Shown: positions 55,409-64,000 of the stretch, one piece after another | Layout of the letters: each line of letters opens with the position of its first letter | Position numbering within the stretch: the stretch's first letter is position 1 | Assembly: GCF_000150275.1 (NCBI RefSeq) | Contig: NW_002060949.1 | Location: forward strand, 209,861-273,860 | DNA length: 64,000 nt | Origin: Trichoplax adhaerens | Lineage: Eukaryota > Animalia > Placozoa | Direction of reading: 5' to 3' | Made by a program: the position numbers and the translations under genes | Notes under the pieces: model-generated | The model's database searches: none | Seen by the model: only the letters and a program-made list of their open reading frames with translations | What the model was told of the DNA's origin: nothing

Positions 55409-58400
55409 CTAATCTATGACGACCGCAACAGACTCAGCTAATCCAGGATTATATAGGGAGCTGTTCGAGCTCATTAAATGTCGACTTATTCTAATATGGG
55501 AATCCAAAGCTCGATAACAGAATTCGTATTGATCCTGTAGCCACGACGCAAGAAAATTAATAGAAAGAGTTAACAACATCCCATTAGTATGTCACATTTT
55601 ACTACAGTGTCTATCATTAATCATTCATTTGGCGCTAATGATTAAATTATACTTATGCGTTCCTTACCAAAGTTGACACCATGCCTGATCGTTGTTCACG
55701 ATAGTATTTAACAGTTTGATAAACATCTGCAATTTTTTCAACTTTTGCACGCTTCATCATTGACCACAGAGCACAAAATACACCTGATCGGCCACCACCA
55801 TTACTACATTAAAATATTTATCAAAGTAAAATTTAGCATCCATTTTTACTTGTAGATATTAACCAATAATATGTTTAATTAATAATAAAGGCGAAAATAA
55901 AGTCATATCCAGAAGTTATCATTGAAACATGTTAAAGGAGCGTATACACACTCCTGTGTATACAAGTATATTTGCATATTACTGGGAAGTGATACTGTCA
56001 TAGTTTTTGCAAATTAACCTGCAATGGACAAGGATTGGATCTTGATTTTTTGTTGGCACATTTTCCATTACTTTGTATATAAATGAAAGAATTGACTTTG
56101 TACCGCTTGGAACTGAATCTTCAGGCCATGCCAAAAAACGAAATAGCTTTATATTTCTTATACAATTATCCTCCTGTGGAGCGTAAGCCCATTCAAACAA
56201 AGAGATGAATTAATTAGTTGTTTAAAGTACTTAAAAATTCAATGAACTTTTTGGTTATCAAGACAATTAGTAATAGTTTTGGGGTCTTGAGACTATTTCT
56301 CTTATAGATTCAATAATTTGTTTTTGCCTCTGCAGTTGCTAAGCTTAGCGTATAAAATTCTCAAGGTAATAGGAGATGCTTAGCCTTTTAATGATAAAAA
56401 TTTTAAGCGGAATGGACATTTAAACTGAAATTTTACTGCAGGAATGCATTTATGCTAGTGCAGTATTGATAGTCTATTACATAATGAATTACTGCACCCC
56501 ACTGTAAGTTCGAAAATAATATCTAAAATATTGATAGTAATATATCATTTGAGTATGATGCCCGGTAATTAGCATAGTTATACCTGAAATACTGAGTAAC
56601 GAATCATTTTATGCAATGCTAAAATTTTCAGTGGCGGAAGATACTGATAATTTGTAAATATCCGCTACTACATTTTTAAGTTGTAGTAATTGCTTACATT
56701 CGCATTTGATACTTCTAGTTGGCATATGCTATAGCGATGATCTTCACGTTTGGTTTCCCCGATATTTTTAATGGTGAAGGTGTGATATCGAACTATTTCT
56801 TCTGAAACCTGTGATGGATAATAGCAAGCATGGCTACTTTGAGCTTCCAAGCGTTCGAGTATATGGGAATCGTGAGCGATAACAGGCTGTAAGGAATAAA
56901 TGAACGATTCTATTTAGTGTATTCAAATAGCGTGATGTAATAATGATTTATTATAGAAATTTTATACAACTATTTCGTAGTGAATAGATGAAGAAGCAAA
57001 TCGTTGCATCACTACCAATCCGGCTTGATTTTTAACATGAATATTGAATATCTCAGTATACTAACCGCTAGGCCTTCTTTTAACTCGGTCAAATTCACTA
57101 TAATTTCAACTTTATTATCCCAGATCATTTGCCAAAAGTGGTTTACCGTATTGTGCAAAGGGGCTTGAGTCACAATAAAATTCTCTGGGCACTTAAATCC
57201 CTGAACCAGTTGTAGAATGTTACACTTAGAAGAGGCCGGCAATGATTACTGGCTAATTTATATGCTAATATAAACTATCACAGATTGATCAGTATTATAA
57301 TTAATAAAATGATCTCAAGCATGTACAGTATAATGTACAATTAAAACACTTGCACAGTATTAATACTTATACAGAGTTGAAGATGTCCAGTTAATAAAAA
57401 TGATGAAATCACGATAGAAATACATGACAGCATGGTACTGTGATTTACAAATGATTATTAGAATAGTTCCGATATGTGTTAAGACTACATTGTTGTAACT
57501 AAGCTCACAATTTACTGTTCAGAATTAAAATATCATTTAAGTACCATACGTGTTATAAGCTACCTCAATAAAACTTGCGTTGATGTAATCAGAGTCTTCC
57601 GCAGTGTTGGATAAAATGATTCTATTAAACTCGACTAATTGAGTAAAATATTACGATATTGTCAGTTTTCTTTTTCAAACAAACGATCTGAGCATTAGTA
57701 ACTTACAGGGAAATATTGTCATGCTTCTATTTTTGGGCAGATTCTGCAGCGTAGTTGATGCAGGAAATTGGGCTAATTCTGATGACGTTTGTAATTGCTG
57801 ACAAATAAAGAAGTATATAGGATATATTAGTATTGTAAAAACTATCGACTGGTACACTTATTTCAGTAAGATCATATGCATTTGCTTTATTAGCTTACTT
57901 TAAATTCTTGTTGCAATTCGGTAATAGATGAGTGATTTGCTTTCAGGAGGTTGTTAATATGGCGTCTTAACTTGGATAACTGTACTTCAGTTTCGCCAGA
58001 GAATATCCACTCAACAAGAATATCGTGAATAAATTTGTATTGTTCCTAAATAGAAATTCATCAATAAATCAGAAAGGTCTGTGAAACAAGTGTTCTCTAA
58101 AGGTATTGTAACTCGTTAGGATATTTTACCCATGTTTGGACTACTGAGGCCCGTTGAGAGCGTAATAAAGTCACGCAAGAGTAAACGTCGAGAATTTTAT
58201 CGTCCAATAGGCGATTGAGTAAGATATTGATGCAAATGAATGTCCCGGTTCTTCCTATACCGGCGCTAGATTTATAAAAATGATGTCATACTTGTATGAA
58301 TGATTCAAATTGGGTATCTTACTTAAATAGAAATATACTAGAAATATTTCGTAGTTAAATTATTTTCACCCGCAATGAACAATCATAGGGCCTTCATCCT

Positions 58401-61400
58401 TTTCCGACAGTGCCTTAACGCGTTTTAGAAATAAGATAAACGGTTTGAGACGCTCAGGAACACCATGGTCTGGCCAAGCAAGAAAATGAAAATGCCTGAT
58501 TTTTCTACTCATCGACTCGCCATTTGTGTACTGAAGATAAAAGCCGATATTGATTACGATAAATTGACAGACCGTGTAGAACATACTGATCTAAGGTAAC
58601 AAATATTGATATATCTCTGTATTGGAATACCTTGATATATATATATTTATTACATTACATATAATTAGCATGACTTACTTTGGTAATCTTTAAGTTACTA
58701 ATAATAAAAGCTGGGGCTTCCTTGACCTCAATTGCTTGTATGCTAAAGTCGTCGTATCGCATTACATTTATACTGTTATTTTCTTCTTCCTTTACAGATC
58801 CATCGTCACCATAATGAGTTATAACTTGACCTGGCCAGTACTGTACATAATTTTGCTATATCATTCAACACCAGAAGTTGATTACTTTAAACGTAACGCA
58901 ATCACTTAATTTTCGCAATCAGATTTAAACTCTAATTACCATAAGGTCTAATAGAAGACAGTAACATTAGACTTTCATTTACTCACCCTTTGTCTTCCTG
59001 ATTCTGAGTTGGAAATCATGATAATACTACTGGAGTTTTGTTCCCAAATCATACGCCAAAAATCATTGACAGTATCTTCCAAGGGAGCTATGATAAAACA
59101 AAATAATGACATTAATACGTTGTTCCTAGCGGATTAATGTATTACACGAGGTTAAAGCTGATAATCTGTTGCGTAGCTTTAAATTATATATTTTATCATC
59201 TATGAGATAACCAAAAACATTGGCTAAATTACAGATATAATAGGAAAATCGAATTTAAAGTGCTATATGGATAGCATAGCTTATCGACTCTGCTTTATAA
59301 TAGGCTACTGTAGAGTTGTATGATGTATCAGTATGATTGCTTTATTGTTATTATTTAAAATTTGTATTATGCATCAATTATTTTAACATTGAACCAATTA
59401 ATATAATTAATTAACAGGTAATCCGTAATAAGTCGCAAAATGAATAAGGAATGTACTAAAAAATAATCATACCACAACTGTGCGATGCTAAATTAACTAT
59501 TTAGTTACTTTCCGAAAGAGTTTACGATCCTATCGCAAGTATTACTCTCTAAATTAATGCATACTACCTTGACAAGCAATGTAAGCATTTTCCTTTTTAT
59601 GCCCCTATTACGAAAATAAAAGCAATTATGTTACTATTCTGATATGTATATCAATTAATCATATAAATACAGGTAATTAACTGTTTAAGATGTACAGCTA
59701 CCTGAATATAGCTCGCATTAATATAATCTGATCCTGGTATATCATCCTTTTCTTGAAGAACAACTCGTGAATAATCGTCTAAGTACGTAAATTAACAGCA
59801 AGTTACAGGAAATTAATTAAGTTAGCAGTTATTTTATGGGTCAAGTTCTACCCATCGCAAAGGAATTGATATAGATAGATTCAACAATAGTTATGCTTAC
59901 ATGGTAAAACGCTTGAATAGCGATTTTTAGATTGGTTGCTTTCTTGGATTGCATCAAGACAAGGTAAGGGTCGAGAGCGTTGAATAGTCTGACAATAATA
60001 ATGTTGTGATTATTAGCATACAATACGGATTCTTAAGATATAATAAAGCAATATCTACATTAATTAAGATTTTTCAGTGGTTATAAGATTATTAAGTTAA
60101 CTCAATCTATTAAAAAGTCAGTTGCAAGGAATTTCGTTATAATAGTGGACTATGTGGTCGAAAAATTATACTAAACGCTAAAAGTAGCTAAATAGCAGTC
60201 GCTAAACTCACTATCCGGTTATTATTAAGATTTCATAATTCTAGATAATACTTCACAGTAGCTATTAAAGACAAACTGATGGAGCTAAATTTAAAGATTT
60301 TTATCATCATAAAATTTTGAAACAAGAACATACCTCAAATTGTCTTTTAAATCGCAAGTTCTTATTTTCTGCTAAATACTTTACATATTCACAAAAAGAG
60401 GAAACAGGTACGGGCGGGAAAATATTCATTTCTGTAATCAAAAAAGTGATAAAAATAAGTTTCATTTTGAATAAAGTAGAACGTTAGATATCATTTCGAA
60501 TTCTTATCCAATATTTCACGTCACATATATTTGAGGGTACAGAATAAACTCGTTCTACTGGTTTCGTTCTCATACCTTTCCAGCTATCTTCTACTGTATG
60601 CTTTATTACAGATTCAAATTCTTCATCAGTTGTATCAGGCTTTACTACAGATACTTCATTTAAACTTTCTGCTTGATTAACTTCTTCCTTAGGTTTAAGC
60701 GTAGATCTATCAAGTTTTAAAAAGAAGCTCTAATACATGCGTACGAAGCCGAATCAATTTTCCGCTAGATCAGTTTGTATTAAAAAATATTCCTCGCCTG
60801 TATGCCCTTAATATCACTAGCGTTGCCGATATTAGTATTAAGAGTGCAATTGTTACTGACGATGCTGAAATGATAATGGATAATTGGGCACTTGATGGAT
60901 TCGGATCTTTATATTCTGAAGAAGATTTGATTTTTCTTAGGAATTTGACGTAAAACAAACATTTTAATAAATAAAAATTTAGCATTATGCTTACGTGGTG
61001 GAAATATTTTAGTAATTTTACTGGAGGTAAAAGATGCTTCTTCCGTCTATTATACAATCATGAATTTTAAGGAGTAAAGATCATCCGTTAAGTATTCTTG
61101 TTGTGATCACTTAGAAAGTCTTTAATTCTCCATCATTTACCGAAGTCATCATTTAAGCTTGTGGTTCGTGATATTGAATCCATACAATACATTAGTAATT
61201 AAAATGCAGTTTGCTATTTCTTACCGTAACTTTATGATGAACGTATGCTCTTAGAAATATTCCTTGATGATGGTCGACAGAGAGTGGACGATTATAAAAT
61301 TGTTTGGATGCATTTTTATCGCCAACTATGAAACTGTTTGGAAAGTCAGTGGATAAAAATCGAGCTGTCTTGTATATTTGGAGCAATTTATTGCCGTATT

Positions 61401-63893
61401 CTAACAACATATAGGTAGTATTTTCTAGTAGGATTGTTTCCCCGGCGAAATCTTGATAAATATTGTCTACGATAAGATCTTGAAGGGTAGAATTTGCAGC
61501 AATAACGATAAGGTCGTAGTGGCTGTAAATTGCAAGTGTAAGCAACTGTATATCAGTTTATAAATTTTTTATATATAAACAGACCATACCCAATGCAGAA
61601 AATTTGATTTAGTGATTTTACGATATTTACAGTATGATAATGATAATTAATTAATGGATTGCATTGGATTAATTACTGAATCTATACAATATCGATATCG
61701 AAACCGTTTAGTAGTGTATGGCAACCATTGTTACCTTAAAGGTCCATTCTCTTCTGATGCAGGTTGCAAAGAGACTTCAACAGCAAAAGTTTTACCGGGC
61801 TGAACCCACTTTGTTGCATTGGTCACTTGTACTTTATTCACTTGAATTGGAGCTATTAATAGTAATGTTTATTAATGATTAAATTAATGATCTGTTTTAG
61901 AAGTGTTTCATATTCGAGGATTTAATCAATATCAATAAACTTACGAGCAATCAACGTTACGACGACTATATCTCCGATCACACCCTGGATCATGTTGCTC
62001 ACCATGGCAGTAACTTCGAAATGATATTGGGTGTACGGCTTCAGGTCTTCAATCATATAAGTTGTTTCACTAGCAGCAAGATCTGATATTACGTACTGTG
62101 CTGACTTTGATTTGTTATCTTTCATCTTTTGACCAGTATATTTAATCTAGGAATGTAGTGGAATTTTAGTAAGCTACACAACATCCTTGAACTGTCATAT
62201 ATCTTAAATGTACAATTACGCTGTAAAGTCTTAATTTTTCAATCAATACTTACAGTATATCCTATGATGTGTTTCTTCAATGATGAGATTACGCTCCAGT
62301 TTAAAAATACGGAATTGCTTGTGACATTGTAAGCGATTACTGAACCCAACTGATCTCCATTAAATGAGATTGTAGTTTCAGTTGTCGTACTTGCTTTGGC
62401 TAAAGAAGACAATCATAAAGACTTTTCATTAATTTTTAGTAGAATAGCATTTTAAATGTTACAAGGCATTTGCATACTATCTTAAATTGATAGTTTCTGG
62501 ACATAATTAACTTAATTCTGTGGTGTATTTTATTGAAGAATGTTATAAATATAGAGAAATGGTAAATATCAGATGCTTGCATATAAAATATAGTAATTTC
62601 TAGGATTAGGGACCGAGATTAGTTAATCTCTCATTCAATTTAAATTAGATTCATTTTCAAAGAAATTTAATCTATCATATGCAGCATTGTAGTACAGGAA
62701 TAGAGTTTTGTGCAGATACAAAATTGACCATTTAGCTGACATTTAGTATTGACAAACAGCAAATGTTATAAAGTACAGTATTTGATGGGATAAAAATTCT
62801 AAAATAATACCAAAATTACGTGTACTAATGAATTATCGATGACATTCTGCTGTATTTATCCTCCAAATACTACTAGATATGTAAAAATAATTGTTATATA
62901 TCTCTATTAATGATCTATTAAACAAGATTTTAACTAAATTAATGGACTAATGAATTACCTGTCGCTGACGTTGCAGTAGTCTGAACTGTCGACGTACGAG
63001 TTGTAGATTTAGTCCCAATAAACGTACTAGTGGCTCTACTTGATGGAGTTGCTTCCTCTGCAGCATTTAAGTTACAAATTTAGCCAGTTAGTAAAATGAA
63101 GTGATACTTGATGAAGATCTAAGTTTTGATATTTCGTAGCTAGTCATAACATAATATAGATTCATTTTACTTACGAGGCTTCGTTGTTACTGTTATACTT
63201 GCTTCTTTACCAGTGCCAGCACTATTTTGAGCATTTATGCTAATTATATAGGTCGTATTTGGTACTAATAATGATAATACAGCCGTATTTAGAGCTTATG
63301 AAATGGCGTATTAATTACATATAAGATATTGATGAGACTTGAAAATGAAATAACTATGCTGAATAATAATCAGTACCGTAATCTTTCTTACTGCAAATAA
63401 TTATAGAAAATTGCGATAAATTTGGTTATACATGTATGTTTTTAAATTAAGTACGGTGCCTAAAAATTTAGTAATATCTTGTTATAAGCAAGTAAAATCG
63501 TATATTTTACTGTAATTGACAGTAATTTACGGATTAGAATTCTCCTAAACTATAGTATTAATTTATTCAGGTATACGACTAAGGAAAACTGATAGTATTT
63601 GTATAGTATGTGCCTTTATGTCGTCTTTAAATGAAGCATTAACAGTTTTAGCACTATATTATTGTTAAGGTGTGAAAACTATGTACGCTATATTTCATAA
63701 GATTTTAATTACTAACTAAGATTGAAAAAGCGAAAAAATGTTTGAAATCCGCTCAATCGGGTCACTCGGGCAATTTCATTCATTTGACGAATTGTCAGAT
63801 AGAAATTTGTCACTTCTTTAGCGTTAACGGTCCATTCGACATCGACTGTAGTACCGCTTAGCACTTTTGCAGTTATCTTTGGAGCCGAAGGAG
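55409..63893 (-). CDS. Receptor-type protein tyrosine phosphatase, 5'-partial (FN3 repeats, Thr-rich stalk, TM, tandem PTP D1+D2)
   Basis: FN3 exons ([17 protein letters not shown] at ~63893; [16 protein letters not shown] at ~62050), Thr/Ser-rich exon ~62960-63058 and [25 protein letters not shown] (~60810-60878). D1: KNRY (~59920), [29 protein letters not shown]|[20 protein letters not shown]2: [39 protein letters not shown]|NGGGRSG, DQYEFCY. Stop at 55409. The start lies beyond the window. Confidence 0.93.
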
Positions 63894-64000
63894 CTGCAAG
63901 TACAATAAAGTAAATTTATATCTGCGAAAATTTTATTAGATATTGGACTAATGAGTATATTTATACTGAGTTGAGCTATGCAGACTGGATTATTGTGCTT

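Overview
AT-rich eukaryotic (metazoan) genomic DNA, compact, with many short GT-AG introns. Gene content and style suggest a basal animal such as a placozoan (inference, not verified). Six intron-containing genes were read by hand. Four consecutive + strand genes all act on RNA: TRMT13 (tRNA Xm4 2'-O-methyltransferase), a short ZC3H13-like CCCH protein, a TUT4/TUT7-type terminal uridylyltransferase and PPWD1. On the - strand are a giant (~4,900 aa) apolipophorin/ApoB-like large lipid transfer protein (LLTP) with one ~10.9 kb exon, and the 3' part of a receptor protein tyrosine phosphatase (FN3 repeats, TM, tandem D1/D2). Most notable: (i) palindromic TACAG/CTGTA pentamer arrays upstream of each RNA-processing gene but not the LLTP gene; (ii) internal repeats in the LLTP (about 25 'PSW[KR]' beta-hairpin units and a 4x helical super-repeat); (iii) a DR1/HNF4-like site next to a perfect CRE in the LLTP promoter; (iv) a ZC3H13 apparently lacking its C-terminal domain; (v) an isolated 18-bp-stem hairpin in the gene-free stretch. 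No tRNA, rRNA, CRISPR or recognisable transposase was found. Exon boundaries were read manually and may be off by a few bases.
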